A stretch of 64,000 bases of DNA from Phycisphaeraceae bacterium. Lineage in GTDB: Bacteria; Planctomycetota; Phycisphaerae; Phycisphaerales; Phycisphaeraceae. A program made the position numbers and the translations under genes. Of this stretch, positions 28,649 to 39,928 are shown in pieces (the first letter of the stretch is position 1; each line of letters opens with the position of its first letter). Below the pieces are notes generated by a model. It saw only the letters and a list, made by a program, of their open reading frames with translations. It was not told the origin of the DNA and made no database searches. The DNA is taken from contig OY771506.1 in the NCBI GenBank assembly GCA_963674705.1, positions 2,688,001 to 2,752,000 on the forward strand, in the 5' to 3' direction.

Positions 28649-30265
28649 ATGAGCCAGTCCACTGAGAACGATTCATCCTCACGCACCCCGATCCGTATCT
28701 TCGATACGACACTGCGCGACGGCGAGCAGTCCCCGGGTGCGAGCCTGAACCATCACGAGAAGATGGAGATCGCTCGTCAGCTTGAGGCGCTGGGTGTGGA
28801 TGTGATCGAGGCGGGCTTCCCGATCACCAGCCAGGGTGATTTTGATGCCGTGCATGCGATCGGCCGTGAGTTAAAGCGGGCGACAGTGGCGGGTTTATCA
28901 CGCTGCGTGCCGCGTGATATCGACCGGGCCGGTGAAGCATTGAAAGGCGCGAACAATCCACGTATCCACGTGTTCTGCGCGACAAGCAAGATCCACCGTG
29001 AGCACAAGCTCAAGAAGGCATTCGAAGAGATCATCAACTTGTCCGTGGATTCGGTCAAACGTGCCCGGCAGTTTGTAGACGATATCGAGTTCAGCCCGGA
29101 AGACGGATCGCGTACCGAGTTGGATTATCTGGTCGACATTACCGGCGCGGTCATCGAAGCCGGGGCGACGACTGTCAATATCCCGGATACGGTCGGCTAT
29201 GCTGTGCCGGAGGAATACGGGCACATCTTTGCTTATGTCCGCGAGAAGCTACCGCAGATCGACAGAGATGGCATCATCCTCTCATCGCACTGCCATAACG
29301 ACTTGGGCTTGGCGGTCGCCAACTCATTGGCTGCTGTTGCCGGCGGTGCGCGCCAGGTTGAGTGCACGATCAACGGGATCGGCGAACGTGCCGGTAACGC
29401 ATCGCTGGAAGAAATCGTGATGGCGTTGGCTACACGCGCAGACTATTACAGTAAATATCAGACCAACATCGTGACCAGGAAGATTTATCCCACCAGCCGA
29501 ATGGTCTCGAACCTGACCGGCTTGCAGGTTCAGCGGAATAAGGCGGTGGTCGGTGAGAACGCCTTTGCACATGAGGCCGGTATCCATCAGGATGGGATGC
29601 TCAAGAACCGCAATACTTACGAAATCATGGACCCGGTCTCGATTGGTGTGCCTGAATCCAAGCTGGTATTGGGTAAGCACTCCGGTCGTCACGCCTTGAA
29701 CGACCGCGTAGTCGAGTTGGGCTATTCGCTGGACAACGAAACGCTCGACAAGGTCTACGAAGCATTCAAGAAGCTGGCTGACAAGAAAAAAGATGTTTAC
29801 GACGAGGACATCGAAGCGATCCTGGATCAGGAACTCGAATCGGGTCGCCAGCTGTGGGAGTTGGTCGGTTTCCAGGTCACCAGCGGTACGGGCATCATTG
29901 CTACCGCGACCGTGACGTTGCGAGATTCTTCGGGCGAAGAGCAGACCGACGCTTCAACCGGTGACGGCCCGATCGATGCCTGCTATTCCACCATCCAACG
30001 CATTACCGGTGTGCGCGTCACGCTGGAAGATTACTCGACCCGCGCAATCACCGGCGGTAAGGATGCACAGGGCGAAGTCTCCGTCCGTATCCGTCACCGT
30101 GACCGCAAGGTACGTGGGCGCGGCCTGAGCACGGACGTGATCGAAGCCGCTGTCAAGGCATACTTGGCTGCGATCAACCGCATCAAGACCACGGATGAAA
30201 AAGAAGTTAAAGCAACCACGATGAATGGAGACGATGACTCCGGCGGGAAGGCGGCACAGCCATGA
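28649..30265 (+). CDS. leuA: 2-isopropylmalate synthase
   Basis: [44 protein letters not shown] and C-terminal regulatory domain. Confidence 0.96.
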   Translation: MSQSTENDSSSRTPIRIFDTTLRDGEQSPGASLNHHEKMEIARQLEALGVDVIEAGFPITSQGDFDAVHAIGRELKRATVAGLSRCVPRDIDRAGEALKGANNPRIHVFCATSKIHREHKLKKAFEEIINLSVDSVKRARQFVDDIEFSPEDGSRTELDYLVDITGAVIEAGATTVNIPDTVGYAVPEEYGHIFAYVREKLPQIDRDGIILSSHCHNDLGLAVANSLAAVAGGARQVECTINGIGERAGNASLEEIVMALATRADYYSKYQTNIVTRKIYPTSRMVSNLTGLQVQRNKAVVGENAFAHEAGIHQDGMLKNRNTYEIMDPVSIGVPESKLVLGKHSGRHALNDRVVELGYSLDNETLDKVYEAFKKLADKKKDVYDEDIEAILDQELESGRQLWELVGFQVTSGTGIIATATVTLRDSSGEEQTDASTGDGPIDACYSTIQRITGVRVTLEDYSTRAITGGKDAQGEVSVRIRHRDRKVRGRGLSTDVIEAAVKAYLAAINRIKTTDEKEVKATTMNGDDDSGGKAAQP

Positions 30266-30837
30266 GCCTCTTTCCTCCAAAGACGGTGACGCTCCGCGAT
30301 GGAGCGCAAGTATTGCTACGCAGCCCAGAGGTTGAAGAAGCCAAGCAGTTAATCGATTACCTCGATGTTGTCCGCCACGACACTGACTTTCTGATGTGGG
30401 GCCCTGATGACGAACTACCGAGCCTGGAAAGCGAACGTGAATGGGTCAAAGCACGTCGCGATGAAGCAGCAGGCGTCACGATTCTCAGTGAAGCCGATGG
30501 GCAGGTGGTATCCATCTGCGGCGTGGATAGTCACGGCCCGTTTTCTCGAGTGCGCCATTGTGCAGAGTTGGGTATTTCCATCCGCAAAGACTGGTGCGAT
30601 CGTGGGCTGGGCTCGATCCTGCTGGGCGAGTTAGTCGATTGGGCCGAAGTGTGTGAGAGCCTGGATGTTGTCTCGCTCAGTGTGATTGATGGTAATGATC
30701 GGGCTGCGCATCTGTACAAGAAACACGGCTTCGAACCTACCGGCCGAAAACGCTGGCACATCAAACGCGGCAATGAATACGTGGACGAGATCATCATGAG
30801 CCGATGGGTCGGTGATCCGAAAGCGGTGCCGTCATGA
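30262..30837 (+). CDS. GNAT family N-acetyltransferase
   Basis: ELGISIRKDWCDRGLGS, NDRAAHLYKKHGF; ATGA overlap with leuA. Confidence 0.9.
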   Translation: MSLFPPKTVTLRDGAQVLLRSPEVEEAKQLIDYLDVVRHDTDFLMWGPDDELPSLESEREWVKARRDEAAGVTILSEADGQVVSICGVDSHGPFSRVRHCAELGISIRKDWCDRGLGSILLGELVDWAEVCESLDVVSLSVIDGNDRAAHLYKKHGFEPTGRKRWHIKRGNEYVDEIIMSRWVGDPKAVPS

Positions 30838-31406
30838 ATATGCCCGCTCAAAAGCTTGTTTGTTTACGTGACGGCCGTGAAGTGTTGATACGTCCAGCGA
30901 CGCCTGATGATGCCGACGGCTTGGTCCAATACATGCAAGAGGGGCTGCCTGAATTTACGGATTATGTCTTTACCGCCATAGGTGAATTCACAAATACCGT
31001 CGAGCAGGAGAGAGAAAGGATCGCATCGCTCGATCATGCCAGCGGCAGCATGCGATTGATTGCGGTGGCGGGTGATCGGGTTGTCGGCAGTCTCGGTTGC
31101 AGTGCGCCGAAACTCCGGCGGATCGCGCACGTGGGACATCTGGGGATGGCAACCAGGCAGGCATACTGGGGCACGGGCCTGGGATCAGCCATGATGGCGT
31201 ATGTGATCGCGTGGGCGATTACGCACCCTGTATTGGAACTGCTTGAACTCTCAGTCTACGCGGACAACACCCGTGCGGTCAGGTTGTACCAGAAGTTCGG
31301 CTTTGAGGAATCGGGGCGTGTGCCCAGGAGCACCAAGTTTGCGCCGGATGTCTACAAGGACAATATTCACATGTATCGCCGGGTTGATGTGGAGATGCAC
31401 GCATGA
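30834..31406 (+). CDS. GNAT family N-acetyltransferase
   Basis: LGMATRQAYWGTGLGS, NTRAVRLYQKFGF; ATGA overlap. Confidence 0.9.
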   Translation: MNMPAQKLVCLRDGREVLIRPATPDDADGLVQYMQEGLPEFTDYVFTAIGEFTNTVEQERERIASLDHASGSMRLIAVAGDRVVGSLGCSAPKLRRIAHVGHLGMATRQAYWGTGLGSAMMAYVIAWAITHPVLELLELSVYADNTRAVRLYQKFGFEESGRVPRSTKFAPDVYKDNIHMYRRVDVEMHA

Positions 31407-31957
31407 GTTGTTTTCACAAGATCGATGATGAACTGCATCTGAGGCAGATCGAGCTGGATGATGCCGAGCGGTTATTCGCTGTCATCGATACGAACCGCAA
31501 AGCGATCTCGCCCTGGATGCGCTGGACGTGCCAGGTGTTGGATGTCGATGCCATGCGCGACATGATCGGGCAGTGGCTCAAACAGACCGCAGAGACGGGC
31601 TGCATGAGCCTGGGGATCGAATTGGACGGCAAACTCGTCGGTGCGGTCTTCCACCTTCGGCCAGACATGGTCAACAGCCAGGTCGAGGTGGGCTATTGGC
31701 TTGCGGAGTCGGCTCGGGGCAGGGGTGTGGCGACGCGTGCGGTTCGCTCGCTTCTTGATATCACGTTTGATAAGCTCGGTTTCAACCGTGTGAACATCCG
31801 CATCGCACCGACCAACGAACCGAGCCTGGCATTGGCGGCAAGGCTTGGACTGGTACGGGAAGGTGTCACGCGGCAGGCATGGAAAGTAGGCGACCAGTAC
31901 ATCGATGCGATTGAGTTCGGTGTCCTTGCAGAGGAATGGAAGGGGGGTGCTTTATGA
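31403..31957 (+). CDS. RimJ/RimL-type GNAT acetyltransferase
   Basis: EVGYWLAESARGRGVAT, NEPSLALAARLG..EG; ATGA overlap. Confidence 0.9.
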   Translation: MSCFHKIDDELHLRQIELDDAERLFAVIDTNRKAISPWMRWTCQVLDVDAMRDMIGQWLKQTAETGCMSLGIELDGKLVGAVFHLRPDMVNSQVEVGYWLAESARGRGVATRAVRSLLDITFDKLGFNRVNIRIAPTNEPSLALAARLGLVREGVTRQAWKVGDQYIDAIEFGVLAEEWKGGAL

Positions 31958-32670
31958 CCGTGAAGTCTTCCGTAGAAGAAATCCGCGAACGTTTTGATCA
32001 CGATGTCGAACGGTTCAGCAATCTTGAAACCGGTCACCAGGCGATGCCCGGTTCGCCGCACATGCTGGAGTTGATCGCCGAAGCCGCATCGGTTGTGTCG
32101 CCGGATGCCAAAGATGTTCTGGATATCGGCTGTGGTGCGGGGAACTACAGCCTGAAGCTCCTAGAGCGATTGCCCGACCTGAACTTCACACTCATCGATC
32201 TGAGCCAGCCGATGCTTGAACGCGCTCAACAGCGAGTTGGCAGAAAGACAAGCGGCCGGGTCGAACTATTGCAGGGGGATATCCGCCAACTGGACCTTGG
32301 CGTCAATCAATACGACATCATTCTGGCCGCGGCGGTCTTACACCATCTGCGAACGGATGCTGAATGGGAAGTCGTATTTAAGAACATCTACCGTAGCCTT
32401 AAACCCGGCGGCTCTTTCTGGATCTCGGATATGGTTGAGCATTCTCATCCAGCGATACAAGCCATGGCCTGGCAGCATTTTGGTGACTACCTGGTTTCAA
32501 TGCGTGATGAAGCCTATCGTGACCACGTGTTCGACTATATCGAGAAAGAAGATACACCCCGGTCGTTGATGTATCAGCTTGAGCTGTTGCGCCGCGTCGG
32601 CTTCAAGGATGTCGACATCCTGCACAAGCACAGCATCGGGGCTGCTTTCGGCGGGATCAAGGACCGATAA
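31954..32670 (+). CDS. class I SAM-dependent methyltransferase
   Basis: VLDIGCGAG, IDLSQPML, LHHL, LKPGG; ATG 31954 overlaps the upstream TGA. Confidence 0.88.
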   Translation: MTVKSSVEEIRERFDHDVERFSNLETGHQAMPGSPHMLELIAEAASVVSPDAKDVLDIGCGAGNYSLKLLERLPDLNFTLIDLSQPMLERAQQRVGRKTSGRVELLQGDIRQLDLGVNQYDIILAAAVLHHLRTDAEWEVVFKNIYRSLKPGGSFWISDMVEHSHPAIQAMAWQHFGDYLVSMRDEAYRDHVFDYIEKEDTPRSLMYQLELLRRVGFKDVDILHKHSIGAAFGGIKDR

Positions 32671-32812
32671 CTGGTTTACGTGGATGAACACAAAGTTAAC
32701 ACGATGCGTATAAAAAGTGCTGGGCCAGAGGCTTGCAATCAACAGGCCAGAAAAGTAAGCCTGCTTTTAAATTAGCCCGATACATACCTTTAGAGGGGAC
32801 GGACCCAGATTC

Positions 32813-34255
32813 ATGAGTACAGCGACACGCCCGCCATCGGCCGGAGAATCCAAGGTGACCCAAAAAGAGCAGGACCGCGATAAGTCGGTCAAGCACTTCG
32901 TCCTGGATACGAACGTCCTGTTACATAATTCCGCTGCTTTGTACATGTTCGACGACAACGAGGTCGTGATCCCGTTCACGGTCCTGGAGGAGTTGGACAA
33001 ATTCAAAGCCCAGAATGATGACATCGGACGAAGCGCCCGTGAGGTGATCCGTCAGCTTGACAGGCTGCGCGGTAAGGGACAACTCAACAAAGGCGTGCAG
33101 TGGAACGGCCACGGCGGACGTATCCGCGTGGACTTCTCGACCGATGAGCGTCCGCCTTGGATCCGGGAAGACAAGCCCGACAACCGTATCATCGGTGTCG
33201 CCTGGGGCCTGAAAGAAAAAGGCCTGCCCACGATCCTGATCACAAAGGACATCAACGTTCGCCTTAAGTCCGATGCCATGGGTATTCAGACTGAGGACTT
33301 CGAAGCTCAGAAAGTCGACTCGGATAGGCTTTACAGCGGCTACCTCAACCTGACCGTACCTTCCTCTATCATCGACAGCCTGTATCAAGAGAAGCAGCTT
33401 GATACCGAAGAACTGGGACCGCACCTGGTCGAACACACCGAAGACGGTGATGAGATCAAGCTGGAGCTGTTTGCCAACCAGTTCCTCGTGCTTAAAGACG
33501 CGGTCGATGAATCGCATACCGGTATCGCCCGACGCCTGGCCGATACCGATCACGCCATCCCCATCCACGGGCCTCGCAAGCCTGTCTACGGGATTATGGC
33601 ACGCAACGTCCAGCAGACGATGGCGCTCGATTTGCTACTGGATGATGAGATCAAGCTCGTTACGCTGCTGGGTTCTGCAGGTACGGGTAAAACCCTACTT
33701 GCCATCGCGGCCGGCATGGCCAAGACATTCAGCGAACAGCGTTACGACAAGATGCTGGTTGCCCGCCCGATCATGCCCATGGGCAAAGACATCGGCTACC
33801 TGCCCGGCGATAAGGATGAGAAACTCAGCGCCTGGATGCAGCCGATTTTTGATAACCTCAGTTACCTGATGTCCACACGCGGCGCCGGTGCTCAGCATGC
33901 CGACTCCAAGCCGGCCGAACAACGCATCAACGCGCTGATGGAATCCGGCCAACTCGTGCTCGAACCATTGACCTACATCCGCGGCCGAAGCATCCCGCAC
34001 CAGTTCATGGTCGTTGACGAAGCTCAGAACCTGACGCCACACGAGGTCAAGACGATCGTCTCGCGTGTCGGCGAAGGTACGAAGATCGTTCTGACCGGCG
34101 ACATCGCCCAGATCGACAACCCGTACCTGGATGCTTCCAGTAACGGCCTGTCGTACATGGTCGAACGACTCAAGGGCCAGCACATGGTCGGCCACGTGAC
34201 GCTCGCCAAGAGCGAACGCAGCGAACTTGCAAGTGTTGCCGCCGAAAAACTATAA
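32813..34255 (+). CDS. PhoH2-type protein (PIN domain + PhoH ATPase)
   Basis: FVLDTNVLL, EELDKFK, GSAGTGKT, IGYLPG, YIRGRS, DEAQN, GDIAQID. Confidence 0.92.
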   Translation: MSTATRPPSAGESKVTQKEQDRDKSVKHFVLDTNVLLHNSAALYMFDDNEVVIPFTVLEELDKFKAQNDDIGRSAREVIRQLDRLRGKGQLNKGVQWNGHGGRIRVDFSTDERPPWIREDKPDNRIIGVAWGLKEKGLPTILITKDINVRLKSDAMGIQTEDFEAQKVDSDRLYSGYLNLTVPSSIIDSLYQEKQLDTEELGPHLVEHTEDGDEIKLELFANQFLVLKDAVDESHTGIARRLADTDHAIPIHGPRKPVYGIMARNVQQTMALDLLLDDEIKLVTLLGSAGTGKTLLAIAAGMAKTFSEQRYDKMLVARPIMPMGKDIGYLPGDKDEKLSAWMQPIFDNLSYLMSTRGAGAQHADSKPAEQRINALMESGQLVLEPLTYIRGRSIPHQFMVVDEAQNLTPHEVKTIVSRVGEGTKIVLTGDIAQIDNPYLDASSNGLSYMVERLKGQHMVGHVTLAKSERSELASVAAEKL

Positions 34256-34463
34256 GCCGCTCGCGGCTTAGCGATCCAATCCATTCCCCCAATCCATCGC
34301 CGCGGGCTGCTGGCCCGCGCGCAGACGGTGTACCTCACGCACCCGAAGCACGAACCCCCGCGCGACCCGGCGGGTCGCGGCTATGGGATTGTTATCAATT
34401 GGGCGTCATGCCGCCATCTGATCCATCCCTGAAACCCTTAGCCGCAGGCTGCCGGCCTGCGCG
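34253..34463. repeat. cluster of four REP-like palindromes
   Basis: 34253-34274 (family A), 34299-34321, 34359-34383 (inverted), 34439-34463; GCCGC-led GC-rich hairpins. Confidence 0.75.
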
Positions 34464-34515
34464 AATGGTTGCGGCGTAATACAGCGTCAGTAGGTCGGGC
34501 TGCTAGAATATATTC

Positions 34516-35349
34516 ATGCACCTCAAACGCACTTTCCTCCTGGGCGTGATCGGATCACTTTCGCTGGCGGCGTTACTGGGTATCTGGGCGTTTGTGTTTG
34601 GTAACTTCGGGCATACCGAAGTCAAGATCATCCTGACGACACTGACCGCTGCGCTGTTCAGCCTGACATCACTTGGTGCGGCCGTGGTGCTTGAGCGCGG
34701 TCGATGGCGTCTGGCCATGATCAGCACTTTCGTGCTTAGCGGCCTCAGCCTGATTGTCTACCTGATCGTGATCTGGTACGAACACATCTGGCGGGTCGTC
34801 GACGACGATACGTTGGCAAAAGTGATGGCCTGGCTGGCGACGTGGGCCATCGCGTTGCCACACATGGCCTTGCTGTCGCTCCCTTCATTTAGAGGTTTTT
34901 ATCTCTGGATCCGCAGGGCGGCGATCGGCATGGTCTTACTGCTTGCGTTGTCAATCACAATATTCGCTTTGCTTGAAGGCGAGCCGGATGATGACTTCTG
35001 GGTGCGCGAAATTGGTGTGTTCGGCATCCTGACCGCGCTGGGCACGATCACCGTGCCGATCCTGATGAAAGTCGCGGGCATCGAAAAAGAAGCCTCGGTT
35101 GAGTCCACCTCGTTAGATATCAAGATCACCTGCCCGAGGTGCTTGACAGAGCAGGTGGTAACCAGTGGCCATTCACGGTGTTCAGCGTGCAAATTGCGAT
35201 TCGAGATCAAGATCGAGGAACCCCGCTGTCCGCAGTGCGACTATTTATTACATAAGTTGGCCTCGCCGATCTGTCCCGAGTGTGGCTACTATCTTGGGAA
35301 GAGTGAAGTGGTTGAAAAAGCGGATGAACCTTCGGCCGGAGACGTGTGA
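34516..35349 (+). CDS. multi-TM membrane protein with C-terminal zinc ribbons
   Basis: About six TM helices, then CPRC, CSAC, CPQC, CPECG. Confidence 0.75.
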   Translation: MHLKRTFLLGVIGSLSLAALLGIWAFVFGNFGHTEVKIILTTLTAALFSLTSLGAAVVLERGRWRLAMISTFVLSGLSLIVYLIVIWYEHIWRVVDDDTLAKVMAWLATWAIALPHMALLSLPSFRGFYLWIRRAAIGMVLLLALSITIFALLEGEPDDDFWVREIGVFGILTALGTITVPILMKVAGIEKEASVESTSLDIKITCPRCLTEQVVTSGHSRCSACKLRFEIKIEEPRCPQCDYLLHKLASPICPECGYYLGKSEVVEKADEPSAGDV

Positions 35350-38300
35350 TGGCGGTTCAAACAAATAGTCAAACCGAAAAGAAACCTGAATCAGCCCCGG
35401 TGAAGCGTCGCTGGCTACGGCGTGTGGTGGTTGTTCTGTGTTTGCTATTGATCGTCGTGGTCGTTCTGGTCGCACTGCTGCCGACCTTACTTAGTACCTC
35501 AGCCGGCAAGCGGTTTGTGATGAGTACGGTCAGTGACCAGGTTGCCGGCGAGGTAGAAGCGGACAGCATGAGCCTGAGCTGGCGGGGGGGGCAGCGCGTG
35601 ACGGGGCTGCTCATCCGTGATCCTACCGGCAGTGAAGTGGTGAAGATCGGTTCAATCGATCTGCCCGATGTATCAATCCTGGGTTTGCTGCGAGGTGGTC
35701 TTGGGTTGGGGCAGATAAGTATCGAGCAGGTCCGTGGCGATGTGATTGGCTATGAGGACGGGACGACCAACCTTCAACAGGCACTGGCTTCCGCAACAGG
35801 CAAAAGTGCCAGTGCAAAAACAAGCGAGCCGGCTGCCGACCAAGGGCTCTGGCCCGAAGGTTTGTCTTTCGCATTTGACCTGCGTGATCTCGATGTGACT
35901 TACCGAGCGCAAGACGCCAAAGAGCCGATTCGTATGGTGGTTTCGCAAGCCCAGCTCACCGCGAATGATCCGACACAGCTGATCGCCAAGCTCAGCGCAA
36001 GCGTCTGTCACGGCGTTAACACCGGCTCTGTTTCGGCGGATGCGAAAATCGACCAGCTGTTTGACACCGACGGCAACCTGCAACTTGCCAAGGCCGTCGC
36101 ACACATCGATAGCCAACTGGTAGATCTGCCGATCGTCTCGCTCGATGCGTTTTTACAGGAAGACGGCAGGCTTGTGACACTACTCGGTTCGCGGCTCAAC
36201 GGCCAGGTCGTCGCAGATGTCACGACAGCAGGCGGCACGGCACACGTGAAGTCCGACACGGAACAATTGCACGTCAATACCAGGATCGCCTACGACGATG
36301 CCGGCCTTCGCCGTGAGGATGAATCGACTATCCGCTACACGCTGACACCGAATGCCTGGGTGGTCATCAATACGAAAGAAGGCGTTGCCACAAGCAAGCT
36401 CCAGCAGCCGGTTGATATCACGATTGCGCTTAACAGCCTGAACCTGCCATTTACCGAGCAGGGCGTGGACCTGTCGCGGTTGAGCATGGAACTGGCGCTT
36501 GCTATTTCAGATACGAAGCTGGATATCAACAACGTCGGTGAGGTCACGCTCGAATCCACAACCGGTTCATTGAAGACTTCACAGTTGAGTCAATCATTAA
36601 ATGCAAACTTCAACACCACCAGCGGTCTGAACAACAAGCCCGGACAGGTGGCGCTCGATATCCAGCTTAAGGACCTGATGAACGCGGAGGGTCAGTTTGA
36701 TGTTGCACACATTTCGGCCATGGTAAACGCGCAAATCACCAACGCGCCGCTTGCCGCGATCCTGGATGAGCTAATCCCCAATGTCACGAAAGGCCTGGCG
36801 ACACGTACTCTCGGCAAATCAATGGATACGACGGTTAGCCTGACTACCCAACCCGATAGGGCTACCAACGGCATGACGGGGCGATTTGAAGTTGATGCCT
36901 TGACCGAAGCAAGCGAGACCGACCTGAATACCACACTCATCGGTTCGTTCGCCTACAGCGACCAGGCTGTCCAGGCGACATTGGCTGATGGGTCTTACGC
37001 CAAGCTGACACTCAACCAGAACCTGCTTGATGACCTGATGCAAGCATACACAGAACCTGCTACGGCCGAGCAAGTGTCTGACGCGCCGCAAATCACACTC
37101 GGTGCGCCAGCAAAAATCAGGCTGGATGTCACACAATTCAAACTGGCGTTGAAGGCTTTGGCTGAAGGCGGTTACGCACTCGATCCTGATGCATGCTCCG
37201 CGGCCGTAAAACTCGTCAGCCCTGAAGTCCGTGTCATGCAGGATGGTGAGTATGTCGCCACCTTGAGCGACTTCCTGGTTGATCTTGTTAATCATGGCAT
37301 GTTCAGCGATACGCGCCTCGTTCTGAACTCAGCGATTACGTATCCCACGGGAGAAGATGAAGACTCGAAGAACGGCAGGATCAAATCCGATACCACCATC
37401 AAAGGCATCGCCCGAATCGATGAGAAGTTGTCGTTTGCCAATGCAACCTACATGACGGATACCGAAGTCCGCCAGGCCCCGATCGATCTGGTCGATGCCC
37501 TGTTCGACATGGGTGGAGAACTCATCGCCGCGGTTGGCGCCCGCGCTTACCTCACGCTCAATGGTGAATACAGCCCGGCTGAAGAGGGCACGACCGGTGG
37601 TTTGGATATGGTGATGAAAAACCGCTACTGCTCTGCCGACCTGAAGCTTCTGGTCGAAGATGATCGGTGGATACTCAAGAACGACGCACCGATGTCCTTC
37701 CGTGTAACACCCAGTTTATCCCAGGTCTTTTTGAAAAAAATCAACCCATTCCTGGGTAGCGCGATATCAGCCAAGTTGCCTGTCAGTGTGACCGTGAAGA
37801 AAGACGGCTTTTCGGTCCCGCTGCGCGATGTGACGCTTAAAGATGTCAACGCCAACGTGGCATTGGACCTCGGCGAACTGAACCTGAGGGGTGAGGGTGA
37901 TCTGGCAGAATTGCTTTCACAATTCGGTATCAGCAATCGAAACCTGTTGAACGTTGATTTTTCGCCGTTCACGTTCTCTCTGGATAATGGCAAGCTCTCC
38001 TACCAGGACCTTGTCATGAGTATCGATGAGGTCAAATTCGGATTCTCCGGCAAGGTCGATCTGAATAGCCGGGCGCTGGACCTTCAGATGACGATTCCGG
38101 GTTCAACCCTCTCTCAAATTTCATGGCTTAAGGGCAAGATCAATGCGGATCAGGTCATCGTGATCCCACTCACCGGCACGTTCGATGAACCCAAGCTGGA
38201 TATGAAACTGCTGACGGGCGAACTGGCTAAAGCCGCTCTTCAAGGCCAACTGGAAAACGAATTAGGCGGGACACTGCGTGACAAACTCGGAGAAGAAGCC

Positions 38301-38528
38301 GGCAGCGCGGTAGGGGGGCTGTTAAATGAGATACTAAAGACCGGGAAGTTGCCTGAAGCAGACCAGAACGACAATGATGACCAGGACCCCGAGGCAAAAA
38401 GTGATGAGGACCCAACTGGTCAGGAATTGACTGCCGAGGAGCGTGAAGCCCGAAAGGAACGCCGCCGCCTCCGTCGCGAACGTCTTGAGCAGGAAAAAGC
38501 TGAGCAGGAAGCCCAGCAGACCCAGTAG
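35349..38528 (+). CDS. AsmA/TamB-like envelope protein
   Basis: N-terminal TM anchor, long beta-rich body, C-terminal IPLTGTFDEPKLD motif. Confidence 0.65.
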   Translation: MAVQTNSQTEKKPESAPVKRRWLRRVVVVLCLLLIVVVVLVALLPTLLSTSAGKRFVMSTVSDQVAGEVEADSMSLSWRGGQRVTGLLIRDPTGSEVVKIGSIDLPDVSILGLLRGGLGLGQISIEQVRGDVIGYEDGTTNLQQALASATGKSASAKTSEPAADQGLWPEGLSFAFDLRDLDVTYRAQDAKEPIRMVVSQAQLTANDPTQLIAKLSASVCHGVNTGSVSADAKIDQLFDTDGNLQLAKAVAHIDSQLVDLPIVSLDAFLQEDGRLVTLLGSRLNGQVVADVTTAGGTAHVKSDTEQLHVNTRIAYDDAGLRREDESTIRYTLTPNAWVVINTKEGVATSKLQQPVDITIALNSLNLPFTEQGVDLSRLSMELALAISDTKLDINNVGEVTLESTTGSLKTSQLSQSLNANFNTTSGLNNKPGQVALDIQLKDLMNAEGQFDVAHISAMVNAQITNAPLAAILDELIPNVTKGLATRTLGKSMDTTVSLTTQPDRATNGMTGRFEVDALTEASETDLNTTLIGSFAYSDQAVQATLADGSYAKLTLNQNLLDDLMQAYTEPATAEQVSDAPQITLGAPAKIRLDVTQFKLALKALAEGGYALDPDACSAAVKLVSPEVRVMQDGEYVATLSDFLVDLVNHGMFSDTRLVLNSAITYPTGEDEDSKNGRIKSDTTIKGIARIDEKLSFANATYMTDTEVRQAPIDLVDALFDMGGELIAAVGARAYLTLNGEYSPAEEGTTGGLDMVMKNRYCSADLKLLVEDDRWILKNDAPMSFRVTPSLSQVFLKKINPFLGSAISAKLPVSVTVKKDGFSVPLRDVTLKDVNANVALDLGELNLRGEGDLAELLSQFGISNRNLLNVDFSPFTFSLDNGKLSYQDLVMSIDEVKFGFSGKVDLNSRALDLQMTIPGSTLSQISWLKGKINADQVIVIPLTGTFDEPKLDMKLLTGELAKAALQGQLENELGGTLRDKLGEEAGSAVGGLLNEILKTGKLPEADQNDNDDQDPEAKSDEDPTGQELTAEEREARKERRRLRRERLEQEKAEQEAQQTQ

Positions 38529-38661
38529 TCAGCGATGTAACAATCGTTTCATGTCTGGATTCACGGAATCGCAATCGTGGAAGGCTATACTGCTGTTGCT
38601 ATACTTCCATCAATGACATGTTGTATGTTGCTAACCACGATCTAACACATTCGATCAGACC

Positions 38662-39921
38662 ATGACTACCACAACGACCGGCACCGACTTCGATCCCACA
38701 ACCGTCAAGATGCAATACCGCCGATTTGGCCGAACCGAACTGCAAATACCTGTCCTGAGCTGCGGGGGCATGCGCTACCAGGAGGGCTGGAAAGACAAGC
38801 CGATAAATGAGATCGGCAAAGAAAACCAGGCCAACCTTGAAGCGACTATCCACCGCTCTGTTGAGCTGGGTATCAACCACATCGAAACCGCACGTGGGTA
38901 CGGCCCGAGCGAACGGCAACTCGGTCTTGTTCTGCCCAAACTCCCGCGAGATAAGATCATCGTGCAGACCAAGGTCGGACCCGAGGAAGATCCTGAGGAA
39001 TTCCGCAAGAACTTCGAGCAGTCACTCGAACGCCTGCAGTTGGATCACGTCGAGTTACTGGGCATTCACGGGATCAACGATCGCACACGCCTGGAGCGTG
39101 CCATCCGTCCCGGCGGCTGTTTCGATATCGCACAGGAATTCCGCAAGCAGGGCAAGGTCAAGTATGTCGGTTTTTCAACGCATGGATCGCTCGATGTCAT
39201 CCTCGACGCGATCCGTCACGGCGAACCGGAGGTCGGCAAGGGCTTCGACTACGTCAACCTGCACTGGTATTACATCTTCCAACGCAACTGGCCCGCCATC
39301 GAAGAGGCGATCAAACGCGACATGGGCGTATTCATCATCAGCCCGTCGGATAAGGGAGGTAAGCTCTACTCGCCTTCTGACAAACTCGTTGAACTATGCA
39401 ACCCGCTGCACCCGATCGTCTTCAATGACTTGTTCTGCCTGAGCCAGCCCAAGGTGCATACGATCAGTATCGGCGCCGCTCGACCGAGCGATTTCGACCT
39501 GCACATGCAAGCAGTATCCCTGCTTGATGAGGCGGAGCAACACACCGCTCCGATTATCCAACGGCTTACACAAGCCATGCGCGACGCGACGGGAGTGGAT
39601 CATCCGGAAGCGATGGGCAAAGACATGCCGCAGTACACCGAAATCCCCGGCGAATTGAACTACGAACTGATGCTCTGGCTGCGCAATCTGGCTGTCGGTT
39701 GGGACATGATCGAGTACGGCAAGATGCGTTTTAACCTGCTGGGCTCGGGCGATACATGGTTCCCCGGTGGCAAGCCCACGAACATGAACGACATCGATCC
39801 CGCTGATCTCATCAAGGCGGCAGGCAACTCACCCTATGCCGAAAAGGTGCCGGCGATGTTGCGCGAAGCGCTGGATATCCTCGGCGGTGAGGAAGTGAAA
39901 CGCCTCAGTGAAAGCGAATAA
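38662..39921 (+). CDS. aldo/keto reductase family protein
   Basis: YRRFGRTEL..LSCGGMR, GINHIETARGYG, SLERLQLD, VGFSTHG. Confidence 0.9.
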   Translation: MTTTTTGTDFDPTTVKMQYRRFGRTELQIPVLSCGGMRYQEGWKDKPINEIGKENQANLEATIHRSVELGINHIETARGYGPSERQLGLVLPKLPRDKIIVQTKVGPEEDPEEFRKNFEQSLERLQLDHVELLGIHGINDRTRLERAIRPGGCFDIAQEFRKQGKVKYVGFSTHGSLDVILDAIRHGEPEVGKGFDYVNLHWYYIFQRNWPAIEEAIKRDMGVFIISPSDKGGKLYSPSDKLVELCNPLHPIVFNDLFCLSQPKVHTISIGAARPSDFDLHMQAVSLLDEAEQHTAPIIQRLTQAMRDATGVDHPEAMGKDMPQYTEIPGELNYELMLWLRNLAVGWDMIEYGKMRFNLLGSGDTWFPGGKPTNMNDIDPADLIKAAGNSPYAEKVPAMLREALDILGGEEVKRLSESE

Positions 39922-39928
39922 CGCTCGC

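Noticed and set aside
34253..34463. CRISPR array
   Set aside because: Palindromes differ in sequence, orientation and spacing; no cas genes
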